A stretch of 60,475 bases of DNA from an uncultured Clostridia bacterium (GCA_947624235.1 CANQJK010000002.1:1-60475), one strand, 5' to 3'; counted from the stretch's first letter, positions 9,496-19,168 are shown. The notes: generated by a model not told the origin, from the letters alone. Program-made: numbers and translations.

Positions 9496-10698
9496 ATGAA
9501 AATTCTTGTAATCAACTCGGGAAGTTCTTCCCTGAAATATCAACTTATCGACATGGAAACGGAGAGCGTGTTGGCAAAAGGACTTTGTGAACGCATAGGC
9601 ATTGCAAACTCCAATTTCGTGTACAAGGCGCACGGCATGACGATAGAGCAACAGACGGATATTCCCGATCACAATACTGCCGTAAAATTGGTTTTGGACA
9701 AACTTACGGACAAGGAAGCGGGAGTTATTTCCTCTATGAAGGAGATCGACGGCGTCGGACACCGCGTGGTCGCGTCCGGTGAAGCTTTCAAACAACCTAC
9801 GCTTGTCACACCGCAAGCAATGGAGACCATGGAACAGATCAAAGATTTGGCTCCGCTTCACAATCCTGCGGCAATAGTGGGCGTAAACGCTTGTTTGGCG
9901 CAGATGCCCGACACGCCCATGGTGCTTGTTTTCGATACGGGTTTCCACTTCACAATGCCCGACTACGCTTACATGTATGCGATAAATTATCAACATTATC
10001 AAAAATATAAAATTCGTCGTTACGGGGCGCACGGCACCAGTCACAAATTTGTTGCGCAAGAAGCGGCAAAATATCTCGGTAAAAATATAGAGGATCTCAA
10101 AATAATCACCTGTCACCTTGGCAACGGTTCGTCTATAACGGCTGTAAAAGGCGGAAAGTGTATCGACACTTCTATGGGCTTTACCCCTTTGGCGGGCGTT
10201 CCTATGGGAACTCGTAGCGGAGACATCGATTTTGCGGCTGCGGAGTACATTGCAAAGAAGGAGGGCATGAGTATATCCGACATGCTTACTTATCTCAACA
10301 AACAGTGCGGAATGCTCGGCGTTTCGGGCGTGTCGTCTGATTTCAGGGATCTGTCGGTGGCATCGGATGCGGGAAACGACAGGGCCAGACTTGCATTGGA
10401 TATGTTCTGCTACAACACGAAAAAGTACATCGGCGCCTATGCGGCGGCGCTAAACGGCGTGGATGTTATAGTGTTCACGGCAGGTATAGGAGAAAACGAC
10501 AGCCGAGTAAGAGAAGCGTCGCTTAAAGATATGGAGTATCTCGGCGTCAAATTGGACGCGCAAAAGAATGTCGATTGCCCGCGCGGGACGATCGCGGAAA
10601 TTCAAGCCGACGATTCCAAGGTGAAAATTTTGGTTATTCCCACCAACGAGGAATTGGTAATTGCCCGCGAAACAATGTCCGTGGCAAATTTAGCGTAA
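9496..10698 (+). CDS. ackA: Acetate kinase
   Basis: 'MKILVINSGSSSLKYQL', 'RRYGAHGTSH' and 'VFTAGIGEN'. Confidence 0.95.
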   Translation: MKILVINSGSSSLKYQLIDMETESVLAKGLCERIGIANSNFVYKAHGMTIEQQTDIPDHNTAVKLVLDKLTDKEAGVISSMKEIDGVGHRVVASGEAFKQPTLVTPQAMETMEQIKDLAPLHNPAAIVGVNACLAQMPDTPMVLVFDTGFHFTMPDYAYMYAINYQHYQKYKIRRYGAHGTSHKFVAQEAAKYLGKNIEDLKIITCHLGNGSSITAVKGGKCIDTSMGFTPLAGVPMGTRSGDIDFAAAEYIAKKEGMSISDMLTYLNKQCGMLGVSGVSSDFRDLSVASDAGNDRARLALDMFCYNTKKYIGAYAAALNGVDVIVFTAGIGENDSRVREASLKDMEYLGVKLDAQKNVDCPRGTIAEIQADDSKVKILVIPTNEELVIARETMSVANLA

Positions 10699-10738
10699 AT
10701 CGTTGACAAAATAACGGCTATTTTGTATAATAATAAGC

Positions 10739-11236
10739 GTGTCTGACATGGTTGTAATAGATTTGACTGAAAATTTTGCCAAAATCGGCGAAGATGTCGA
10801 TTTTTCGGGTGAGTACAAGTTGGATGACGGATTGTTACCGTATCCCAATGCAAAGCTTGTTCGCGTCAAGGTACATTTTCACATTTCCTACAACAAACCC
10901 AACGTAAAGATAGAAGGCGTCATCGGTTGTGTGGTGCAAGGTTACTGCGACAGATGTTTGGAACCGATAAACAGACAAATCGATTTGCCTTTTTGTCAGA
11001 TTTTCTACAAAGACAGTTCGGACGAAGAGGACGGGTACGTCTATTCGGAAAGCAGGTTGGACGCAACCAAAGCCGTATGCGACGAAATTGTTCTATCACT
11101 GCCGGGCAGTTTACTTTGCAAACAAGACTGCAAAGGATTGTGCCCAAAGTGCGGAACAAATCTCAATCAACGGCAATGCGATTGCGATCTTTCTCGCGAA
11201 AACGCTTTTTCCGTACTCAAAGATCTAAAATTTTAA
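10739..11236 (+). CDS. yceD: YceD/YlbN (DUF177) large-subunit rRNA accumulation protein
   Basis: Cys pairs 'CDRCLEP' and 'CKGLCPKCGTNLN'. Sits immediately upstream of rpmF, as is conserved in bacteria. Confidence 0.85.
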   Translation: MSDMVVIDLTENFAKIGEDVDFSGEYKLDDGLLPYPNAKLVRVKVHFHISYNKPNVKIEGVIGCVVQGYCDRCLEPINRQIDLPFCQIFYKDSSDEEDGYVYSESRLDATKAVCDEIVLSLPGSLLCKQDCKGLCPKCGTNLNQRQCDCDLSRENAFSVLKDLKF

Positions 11237-11252
11237 CGGAGGTGCATTTACT

Positions 11253-11441
11253 ATGGCAGTACCCAAGAGAAAAACATCCAAACAAAGAAAGCATTCGAGA
11301 TCCGCAAATTGGACAGCCAATTCCGCGTCTTTGGTGGAATGTCCTCAATGCCACGAATTAAAGGTTGCGCACAAAGTTTGCGAATCTTGCGGTTACTATG
11401 ACGGTAAACAAGTAGTGGAAGTTACCGCGGACAAGAAATAA
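11253..11441 (+). CDS. rpmF: 50S ribosomal protein L32
   Basis: 'MAVPKRKTSKQRKHSRSANW' and the zinc ribbon 'CPQCHELKVAHKVCESCGYY'. Confidence 0.95.
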   Translation: MAVPKRKTSKQRKHSRSANWTANSASLVECPQCHELKVAHKVCESCGYYDGKQVVEVTADKK

Positions 11442-11466
11442 TTTCGGCTAAAATCAAACAAAAAAT

Positions 11467-11497
11467 GCCATCGGCTGTCGGTTCGGTGGCTTTTGTT
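11467..11497 (+). terminator. Intrinsic terminator after rpmF
   Basis: Stem gccatcg(11467-11473)/cggtggc(11484-11490, one G.U pair), then ttttgtt. Confidence 0.6.
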
Positions 11498-11562
11498 ATG
11501 TGAAACAATTATATAGATGTGATATATATTGTGAAACATAACATATTTTTGGCGGTTTTTTA

Positions 11563-11591
11563 TTGCAAAATTATATTTATTGAGTTATAAT
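11563..11591 (+). promoter_or_regulatory. Sigma-A-type promoter for rnc-smc-ftsY
   Basis: TTGCAA(11563-11568), 17 nt, TATAAT(11586-11591). Confidence 0.5.
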
Positions 11592-11675
11592 ATATCTACA
11601 TATATTTTCGAGTGTTTCCTTGCCCATAGCCTTGGGCTAAATATTCGGATGACCGCGCAAATTGCGTTTTGAAAT

Positions 11676-11703
11676 TTTATCCTCGGAATGCGCCGAGGAT
11701 AAA
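11676..11703 (+). promoter_or_regulatory. 11-bp stem-loop in the rnc 5' leader
   Basis: tttatcctcgg(11676-11686), loop aatgcg, ccgaggataaa(11693-11703). It ends 26 nt before ATG 11730. Confidence 0.6.
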
Positions 11704-11729
11704 TATTGTACGGATCGAAGGTTGAGCGT

Positions 11730-12410
11730 ATGGAACAAAAAGTTATCGGTGACATCGAGAATAAACTCGGTTATAAATTCAGAGATCGCCGTTTGCTCGA
11801 ACAGGCATTTACCCATTCTTCATATGCGAATATAAAAGGGGTAGAGGATAACGAGCGAATGGAATTTTTCGGAGACGCCATTCTCGAATACGTTTCTTCC
11901 GAATGGCTTTTTGCTCACTTTGGCGATTGCGACGCGGGCGAACTGTCCGCTATGCGAAGCAAAGTGGTGTCTGCCGATGGTTTACGCCCCGTGATAGACA
12001 AATTGGATTTGCTCAAATACCTTGCCATTGCGGAAAATTCTTCCAAAACCATACTTTCATCTCGCAAGATCGAGGCAAATTTGTACGAAGCGATACTTTG
12101 CGCGATCTATCTTGACGGCGGAATGAAAAGCGCCAAGGCGTTTGCAATGAGAACTTTGAACGACAGTTTACAAAAATCGGGAGCCGTTATCGCCAAGGAC
12201 AGTAAGTCGGCGTTGCAGGAATACTGTCAACGCAACAAACGGAGCATATCGTACAAGATAGTAGACCGTCGCGGTCCCGACGATAAGCCTTGTTTTAAGT
12301 GCGCATTGTATATCGACGGCGTGGAAAGCGCGGTCGGGGAAGGATCGAGTATCAAAAAGGCGGAGCAAGACGCCGCCGGCAAAATTGTAGTTAAATGGAG
12401 AATTGAGTAG
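11730..12410 (+). CDS. rnc: Ribonuclease III
   Basis: Signature 'NERMEFFGDAILE', and a C-terminal dsRBD ending 'KKAEQDAAGKIV'. ATG 11730 lies 8 nt after gaagg; the alternative TTG 11706 is less likely. Confidence 0.93.
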   Translation: MEQKVIGDIENKLGYKFRDRRLLEQAFTHSSYANIKGVEDNERMEFFGDAILEYVSSEWLFAHFGDCDAGELSAMRSKVVSADGLRPVIDKLDLLKYLAIAENSSKTILSSRKIEANLYEAILCAIYLDGGMKSAKAFAMRTLNDSLQKSGAVIAKDSKSALQEYCQRNKRSISYKIVDRRGPDDKPCFKCALYIDGVESAVGEGSSIKKAEQDAAGKIVVKWRIE

Positions 12411-15400
12411 TGCTTTATCTTAAAAAAGTAGAAATGTACGGGTTCAAAAGCTTTGCCGACAAGGTCGAGTTAAAGTTTAATCAGCCGATAACGGGCATCG
12501 TTGGTCCCAACGGTTGCGGAAAAAGCAATATTTCCGACGCAATACGCTGGGTGCTTGGTGAACAGAGTTCCAAAAACCTGCGCGGTAAACAAATGCAAGA
12601 TCTTATTTTTAACGGAACGGATACGCGTAAATCCATGAGTTATTGCGAAGTTTCGCTGTTTTTCGACAACACTACGCGTTTGTTTTCCATTCCCATGGAC
12701 GAAATTATTATCAGCCGTAAGCTTTATCGCAACAACGAAAGCGAATATCTGCTCAACAGAAACGTTGTACGTTTGAAGGATATTCTTGCTCTATTGCGCG
12801 GAGTTGGGTTGGGTAAAGACGGTTATTCTATCGTCGGACAGGGCAAAATGGACGCTATTCTGAACGCCAGAGCGGAGGATAGGCGCTCAATTTTCGAAGA
12901 GGCTTTGGGTATTTCCAGTTTTCGCGCGCAAAAGGGGGAAACGGAGCATAAGTTGGAAAAGACGCGTACCAATATGCAACAGATCAATATCCTTTTGGAA
13001 GAGATCAAACACCGTCTGCCCGAATTGAGACGGCAGTCAACGATCGCCAAAAAGTATCTCGAATATTACGATGAGTTGCGTTTGTGCGAAATCAACGCCT
13101 ATATTTACGGCTATGACAATGCCAGTCAGGACAAAGCAAACGGCAAAAAAAAGTTGGAAGGTCTCCGAGAGGAGCTCAGGCAAAAATCGGACGAATTTGA
13201 ACGAGTAAACGATACTTACGACGAGGTATTCCACAAGCGCAACAACATCGACAGCGAAATTGCCGAGTTGCGCGACAAGCAGGTGCAGTTGGCTGTAAAA
13301 GTTCAAAAGAACGTAAGCGAAAAAGACGTTATCCGTGAAAGGATCAACGGTTGCGAGAGGGATATACAATCTAACGAGGAACTGATACAGAACGACGAAA
13401 AGGAAATAGCTCGTCTCAAACAAGCAAACGAAGATCTGGACAAGCTTATCGCAAGGCGCATAGAAGAACGTGCCGTTTTGGAAAAAGAGATAACCGCGAC
13501 CACGGAGCAGTTTGTCGATGTAAACAAGCGCGTTGACGATATCAACAGCCGTTCCGAGACGTTGCGACAAAAATTGGAAGAAACTATTCGCGTCGCGTCG
13601 CAAACCGCAAACAATCTTACCGCTTGCCAGACGGAAAAGATCAATCTTACCGAACGTTTGGAACAGATCACCCGAAACGAAACAGAACTTACGCAAAAAT
13701 TGCAGGAGTCGGCAGGGGAAGAAGGCGATCTTTTGGGCAAATACGACCAACTTCGCAAACAAAAAGAGGAGTTGGAAGGCGATTTGCGTCAAGTGAAACA
13801 GCAAATAAAGGAGTTGGAATTTAAGCAATTTAATCTCAGCAAGGAACTGACGCGCAAGCAACAGGCATATTCCGGTGAAAAGGGCGGAATAGACATGCTG
13901 AAAGACTTTGCCGAAAATTATCGCGGTTACCAAGCCAGTATTCAAAATTTGATGCGGGACGCTCAACACGACAAGGAACTTTCCTCTCACATCTGCGGAG
14001 TAGTCGCCAACTTGATAAAGGTAGAACCGCGTTTGCAAACGGCAATAGAAGTTGCCCTGGGCGGTAGATTGCAAAACGTCGTTACGGAAAACGAAGATGA
14101 CGTCAAATATCTGATAAATTACCTCAAAATAAATGACTACGGCAGAGCAACATTTCTGCCTGTCAGCTCCATGAAGCCATACGGTATAGACCGAGCGGAA
14201 GTGCTCAACGAAAAGGGCGTGCTCGGCATTGCTTCGGAACTTATCAGTTACGACAAGCATTACAGCAACGTAATGGAATCGTTGTTGGGCGGAATATTGG
14301 TCGTAGACACATTCGATAACGCCGTAGCCATCAGCCGTAAGTACAGACATGCGCACCGCATGGTCACTTTGACGGGAGAGCGCGTATCCAGTGACGGATC
14401 TTACGAAGGCGGAAGTATGCGCAAGCAATCTGCCTACAACATTCTTTCGTACGAAACGGAGTTGGAAACGCGCACGGAAAAATTGAAAGAGTTGCTCAAA
14501 GATATGCAAAAGACCGAAGAGGAAAAGGTCAAGTTGGACGCACAGCTTGAAGAACTTCGCGCACAAGCAAACAAACTGGGCGACGGCATAAACGCGCTAA
14601 AAGTAGACATAGCGACAGCCAAGGAGCGTATCGAATCTTCCAATACGTTGAGCAATTCGGACAAACAAAATGTTTTGCGTCTTTCTGCCGAAAAGGAAAA
14701 GATAATGGCACGTTTGGCGCAACTGGATATTTCCATCAAAAAGTTGGAGTTGCGACTCAAAGAATTGGAAACGGCGGAAAAGCAACTGCGCGAAAAGAAC
14801 GATCACCAACGCGAGATCTCGCAAATGGAACTTACCGCAAAGGATACCGTTTCCGCAAGTCTTGCAGATAAGCGCTATCGTCTTGCCGTGCTCAACTCTA
14901 ATATAGAGCAAGCACAAAAAGAGCGAAAAGCCAACGAAGAACAGATCGCTACGTTAGAGTCCAGTATTTCCTCGCGCAAAACTTACATTGCGCAAGTACG
15001 ATTTGCAATTGACGGAATGTATGCCACAATGAACGAAAGCGTGACGGACGTCGGGTTGCAAGAGGAAATGGCAACGCTGTTGGAACAGATAAAGGAAGCG
15101 GAAAACCTTCGCAACACGCTGGGAGAAACATTTCAGCGTTTGACGGACGAACGCATGCGCCTGTCCAACGAGTTGGAATCGTTGCGCGGTGTGATAAACA
15201 AGGAAGAATACATCCTCAACAAGATAGACGACGATCTGTTGCAACTTCAACAAAGGGTTCAGGAGGAATACGGCATTACGTATTCCGCCGCAATGCAATA
15301 CAAGCAGGAAGATTACGACAAGGAACGCAATAAAGAACGCATTTCTCAACTAAAAGAGGAAATTTCAAAACTCGGTCCGCACATAAACGTACATTCGATA

Positions 15401-15994
15401 CAGGAGTTGGAATCGGAACAAGCACGCTATGACGATCTTGTGGCGCAAGTGGATGACCTCAAACAGGCGGAAAGCGACCTCAAAAACGCGCTTAAAGAAC
15501 TTATGGCAGACATGGAAGAACGATTCAACTCCGGTATGGCTCAAATAAACGATAATTTCAAAGTCATTTTCCGCGAGCTGTTCAAGGGTGGTAACGCGCG
15601 ACTGTATATCGACAAAGATCCAACCAAGGAATCGTTGGACTACGGCGTGGAAATAGAGGCGCAACCCCCGGGAAAGAAATTGCAAAACATTTCCCTTCTT
15701 TCCGGCGGAGAGCGTACGATGACTGCGGCGGCGATACTGTTTTCGATACTCAAATTCAACCCGATGCCCTTCTGCGTATTGGACGAGATCGAGGCGGCGT
15801 TGGACGACGCCAATGCCGAAAGAATATCCAAATACCTGCGCAAGTTTTCCGCCTCCACGCAATTTGTTGTTATCACGCACAAAAAGCCGACAATGGAGCA
15901 CTCAGACGTCTTGTACGGCGTAACAATGGAGGAAAAGGGCGTATCCAAGATCGTATCCGTCAAACTGACGGAAGCTATCAAACAGGCAATGTGA
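12410..15994 (+). CDS. smc: Chromosome partition protein Smc
   Basis: 1194 aa. Walker A 'GPNGCGKSNISDAIRWVLGEQS', long coiled coils, hinge 'GVLGIASELI', signature 'LSGGERTMTAAA' and Walker B 'FCVLDEIEAALD'. Confidence 0.95.
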   Translation: MLYLKKVEMYGFKSFADKVELKFNQPITGIVGPNGCGKSNISDAIRWVLGEQSSKNLRGKQMQDLIFNGTDTRKSMSYCEVSLFFDNTTRLFSIPMDEIIISRKLYRNNESEYLLNRNVVRLKDILALLRGVGLGKDGYSIVGQGKMDAILNARAEDRRSIFEEALGISSFRAQKGETEHKLEKTRTNMQQINILLEEIKHRLPELRRQSTIAKKYLEYYDELRLCEINAYIYGYDNASQDKANGKKKLEGLREELRQKSDEFERVNDTYDEVFHKRNNIDSEIAELRDKQVQLAVKVQKNVSEKDVIRERINGCERDIQSNEELIQNDEKEIARLKQANEDLDKLIARRIEERAVLEKEITATTEQFVDVNKRVDDINSRSETLRQKLEETIRVASQTANNLTACQTEKINLTERLEQITRNETELTQKLQESAGEEGDLLGKYDQLRKQKEELEGDLRQVKQQIKELEFKQFNLSKELTRKQQAYSGEKGGIDMLKDFAENYRGYQASIQNLMRDAQHDKELSSHICGVVANLIKVEPRLQTAIEVALGGRLQNVVTENEDDVKYLINYLKINDYGRATFLPVSSMKPYGIDRAEVLNEKGVLGIASELISYDKHYSNVMESLLGGILVVDTFDNAVAISRKYRHAHRMVTLTGERVSSDGSYEGGSMRKQSAYNILSYETELETRTEKLKELLKDMQKTEEEKVKLDAQLEELRAQANKLGDGINALKVDIATAKERIESSNTLSNSDKQNVLRLSAEKEKIMARLAQLDISIKKLELRLKELETAEKQLREKNDHQREISQMELTAKDTVSASLADKRYRLAVLNSNIEQAQKERKANEEQIATLESSISSRKTYIAQVRFAIDGMYATMNESVTDVGLQEEMATLLEQIKEAENLRNTLGETFQRLTDERMRLSNELESLRGVINKEEYILNKIDDDLLQLQQRVQEEYGITYSAAMQYKQEDYDKERNKERISQLKEEISKLGPHINVHSIQELESEQARYDDLVAQVDDLKQAESDLKNALKELMADMEERFNSGMAQINDNFKVIFRELFKGGNARLYIDKDPTKESLDYGVEIEAQPPGKKLQNISLLSGGERTMTAAAILFSILKFNPMPFCVLDEIEAALDDANAERISKYLRKFSASTQFVVITHKKPTMEHSDVLYGVTMEEKGVSKIVSVKLTEAIKQAM

Positions 15995-16006
15995 GGAACA
16001 AGCAAA

Positions 16007-16900
16007 ATGGGATTTTTTCAAAAAATTATCGACGGGCTCAAAAAAACCAAGGAAAAGATCGGTTTCAAACTCAATCAGCTGTTTAAGCGCGGTATTTTTG
16101 ACGAGGATTTCTACGATGAATTGGAGTTTATACTGCTCTCTGCCGATATAGGAGAGGACACTACGGTGGATATCATAGACGAGTTGAGAGCGCGTATGAG
16201 CAGAGACAGAATATCCGATCCCCAAAAAGCCAATCAATATCTGCGAGACGTGCTTTGCGACATTTTGGGAAACGAAAAGTTTACTTTTTCCACCCCATGT
16301 GTCATTTTGGTGGCAGGCGTCAACGGAGTGGGCAAAACTACGACTATCGGAAAACTTGCAAATATATTTACCAAACAGGGCAGATCCGTGGTGATAGCCG
16401 CCGCCGATACATTTCGCGCCGCGGCAAGCGAACAGTTGGAAGTGTGGGCTAATCGTGCCAAGGTGCGCATAATAATGCACGAAGAGGGGAGCGATCCTGC
16501 GTCGGTGGTCTACGATGCAGTTTCTTCTGCCAAGAGTCGCGGTACGGACGTGGTGCTTGTGGACACAGCAGGCAGACTGCACAACAAAAAGAATTTGATG
16601 GAAGAATTGAAAAAAATCAACCGCGTCATCGACCGCGAATTTCCCGAAGCGGATCGTAAAAATCTCATCGTCTTGGACGCAACCACGGGACAAAACGCCA
16701 TACAGCAAGTGGACATTTTCGACGAAGCAATAGATATCGACGGCATTGTGCTCACCAAGTTGGACGGGACCGCCAAGGGTGGCGTTGTGCTTGCCATTAA
16801 ACACGATATGGATATCCCCGTTTACTTTGTGGGCGTAGGCGAAGGCATTGACGACCTTTTGGAATTCGACGCCGAAAGCTATGTCGAGGGAATAATTTGA
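16007..16900 (+). CDS. ftsY: Signal recognition particle receptor FtsY
   Basis: 'VAGVNGVGKTTTIGKLA', 'DTAGRLHNK' and 'VLTKLDGTAKGG'. Confidence 0.95.
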   Translation: MGFFQKIIDGLKKTKEKIGFKLNQLFKRGIFDEDFYDELEFILLSADIGEDTTVDIIDELRARMSRDRISDPQKANQYLRDVLCDILGNEKFTFSTPCVILVAGVNGVGKTTTIGKLANIFTKQGRSVVIAAADTFRAAASEQLEVWANRAKVRIIMHEEGSDPASVVYDAVSSAKSRGTDVVLVDTAGRLHNKKNLMEELKKINRVIDREFPEADRKNLIVLDATTGQNAIQQVDIFDEAIDIDGIVLTKLDGTAKGGVVLAIKHDMDIPVYFVGVGEGIDDLLEFDAESYVEGII

Positions 16901-17278
16901 CAATATGTGATTTCGTGTAGCCATTTCGACTACAAACGGTCTGTCAAATTTCAAATTCGCGAGAATCTTGATTTCCAAAAGCAATGTAAAATTCATTTAT
17001 CGTGGTGGCGTTCGTATGTTGGTAGGGCAGATTTTCCTGCTATCACCAAATTGCGTGGCAATTTTTCATGCAATAGCTATTTTGGCGTGTCGGCATCGTT
17101 TATAGGCGTTGTTGAGATTTTGCATAATGCATGTCCGCACGATAACGAGACGCATGCTGGAATGAGTATATGCCATGAAAAGGCCATGAACAAAAGTTGG
17201 TGCGAAGATATTTTTCAAAATCGCAAACGGGTATCGCTCGTACATCACAATGAAAATTTTAAGCAAAATGACGTCAAA

Positions 17279-17311
17279 ACGGCTTGAAAAACAATTTCAA
17301 AGCCGTTTTTT
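17279..17311 (+). terminator. Intrinsic terminator 380 nt downstream of ftsY
   Basis: acggctt(17279-17285)/aagccgt(17300-17306), extended by gaaa/tttc, then tttttt(17306-17311). An A-run upstream makes it potentially bidirectional. Confidence 0.65.
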
Positions 17312-17393
17312 ACAGTAGTGTTTTTGCGTTTAAGCGATCGACATGCTGTCTGATCGCGATTCAAACGTCTTTTTGTTATTTTACGCAAATAGC

Positions 17394-17422
17394 TTGACAT
17401 ACGGCGAAAAATAAGTTACAAT
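17394..17422 (+). promoter_or_regulatory. Sigma-A-type promoter for the ylxM-ffh-rpsP operon
   Basis: TTGACA(17394-17399), 17 nt, TACAAT(17417-17422). Confidence 0.55.
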
Positions 17423-17467
17423 AACTTCTGTAAAGCAAAAGTACTTTACAGATTGAAAGAGGTGAGT

Positions 17468-17773
17468 ATGGCGCTGACAAAAATACAGCTTTCGGAATTG
17501 CTCGGGGTGTACAGCGAATTGCTCACGGAAAAGCAAAAAGAAACGCTCTCGATGTACTGTGATTGCGATTGTTCGCTCGCCGAAATAGCGGACGAAACGG
17601 GCATTTCAAGGCAGGGAGTAAGGGACGTTATTGTGAAGGGCGAAGCAACGCTTGTACGTTTGGAGGACAAGTTGCATTTAGCCAAACTGTACAGAGATAT
17701 ATCCGTTGCGATAGAGCAAGAGGACAAAGAAACGGTTTTTGCCATTGCAAAAAGTTTTATTTCAAAGGAGTAG
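17468..17773 (+). CDS. ylxM: YlxM/UPF0122 putative helix-turn-helix protein
   Basis: 'LTEKQKETLSMYCDCDCSLAEIADETGISRQGVRDVI' is a sigma-70 region-4-like HTH. Conserved position directly upstream of ffh. Confidence 0.85.
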   Translation: MALTKIQLSELLGVYSELLTEKQKETLSMYCDCDCSLAEIADETGISRQGVRDVIVKGEATLVRLEDKLHLAKLYRDISVAIEQEDKETVFAIAKSFISKE

Positions 17774-17776
17774 ACC

Positions 17777-19087
17777 GTGCCGGCATTTTCCAATTTAACA
17801 GACAGGATCAGTCATATATTTTCCAAGCTGAAAAACCGCGGTGCGTTGACGGAGCTGGAAATAAAGCAGGCAATGCGCGAAGTGCGCGTCGCTTTGTTGG
17901 AGGCAGACGTCAATTTTACCGTTGCGAAGGACTTTATCGGCAAAGTGACGGAGCTTGCTTTGGGCGAGCAAATACTCAAAAGTCTTACGCCCGGTCAGCA
18001 GGTGATAAAGATAGTCAACGAACAACTCATTGAGTTGCTCGGTTCAACGCAAAGCAAATTGGGCGTCAGTCCCAAGCTTCCAACCGTCATCATGATGTGC
18101 GGATTGCAGGGCGCGGGCAAGACCACGATGTGCGGAAAATTAGCGCTGTATCTGCAAAAGCAGGGCAAAAAAGTTTTGCTGTGCGCAGACGACATTTACA
18201 GACCTGCCGCGATAAAACAGTTGGAGATAGTGGCAGGCAAGGTCAAAGCGGGATTTTTCCAAATGGGACAGAGCAATCCCACAAAGATCGCGCAAAACGC
18301 CGTTGCCTTTGCAGAGAAAAACGGTTTTGACACGGTGATCATCGACACCGCAGGACGGTTGCACATCAATGAAGAGTTGATGAACGAGTTGAAAGCCATC
18401 AAAAAGGCGGTAAACGTGTATGAGACCTTGTTGGTAGTAGACGCCATGACAGGGCAGGACGCCGTGAACGTTGCAAAAACTTTCGACGAACAGTTGGACA
18501 TTACAGGCGTTATCATGACCAAGTTGGACGGCGATACGCGCGGTGGCGCGACGCTTTCCATAAAGGCTGTAACGGGAAAACCCATCAAGTTTGTCGGAAC
18601 GGGTGAAAAACCCGAGGATCTGGAACCTTTCCATCCTGACAGAATGGCGTCTCGAATTTTGGGCATGGGCGACGTGCTCACCCTGATAGAAAGGGCGCAA
18701 ACGGCGGTGGACGAGGAACAAGCGCTAAAACTTGCCAAAAAAATCAAGGAATCCACGTTTGATTTGAACGACTATTTGGAACAGTTTGAACAGGTTGCGA
18801 AAATGGGCGACCTCAACGACATTGTCGGCATGATCCCCGGGGCTAGCAGACTTAAACTCGGCGACAAAAAAGTGGACGAAAAACAACTGAAACGCAACAA
18901 AGCGATAATACAGTCCATGACGAAAGAAGAACGCGCAAACCCCAAAATACTTAACTATTCTCGCAGAAAACGTATTGCGAAGGGGTGCGGTCTTGAAGTG
19001 CAGGACGTAAACAAGCTCATCAAACAATTTGAGCAAACGTGCGAAATGATGAAGAAAATGTCCAAATCAAAGCGTTTGCCATTCTGA
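17777..19087 (+). CDS. ffh: Signal recognition particle protein Ffh
   Basis: 'MMCGLQGAGKTTMCGKLA', 'DTAGRLH', 'TKLDGDTRGG', and a Met-rich M domain. GTG start 6 nt after aaggag. Confidence 0.95.
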   Translation: MPAFSNLTDRISHIFSKLKNRGALTELEIKQAMREVRVALLEADVNFTVAKDFIGKVTELALGEQILKSLTPGQQVIKIVNEQLIELLGSTQSKLGVSPKLPTVIMMCGLQGAGKTTMCGKLALYLQKQGKKVLLCADDIYRPAAIKQLEIVAGKVKAGFFQMGQSNPTKIAQNAVAFAEKNGFDTVIIDTAGRLHINEELMNELKAIKKAVNVYETLLVVDAMTGQDAVNVAKTFDEQLDITGVIMTKLDGDTRGGATLSIKAVTGKPIKFVGTGEKPEDLEPFHPDRMASRILGMGDVLTLIERAQTAVDEEQALKLAKKIKESTFDLNDYLEQFEQVAKMGDLNDIVGMIPGASRLKLGDKKVDEKQLKRNKAIIQSMTKEERANPKILNYSRRKRIAKGCGLEVQDVNKLIKQFEQTCEMMKKMSKSKRLPF

Positions 19088-19168
19088 TAAACGACATACC
19101 GAACTAATTGTTTCGATATACAACAAACCAATTAAAACAAAATAAAATTACATTTGGAGGATAAAAAA

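Noticed and set aside
13037-14566. Very long antisense ORFs inside core genes: 509 aa in smc; 696 aa at 52428-54518 in infB; 557 aa at 49683-51356 in rimP/nusA; 602 aa at 20598-22406; 461 aa at 24259-25644; 401 aa at 58093-59298; 364 aa at 15902-16996; and 331 aa at 40805-41800. They could look like overlapping or hidden genes.
   Set aside because: They lie exactly in register with the sense codons. For example, 14566-12410+1 = 2157 = 3 x 719 for smc, and 54518-51945+1 = 2574 = 3 x 858 for infB. Antisense stops in this register can arise only from sense TTA, CTA or TCA codons, which these genes evidently use rarely. The products are low-complexity, rich in R/F/V/H/C, and match no recognisable family. 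The sense strands encode unmistakable housekeeping proteins. They are shadow ORFs caused by codon bias.
16907-17287. The 126-aa + strand ORF after ftsY, as a real protein-coding gene.
   Set aside because: It has a GTG start without an SD, an odd composition (many C, H, W, N) and no recognisable domain. I kept it only as an unexplained region in the findings.
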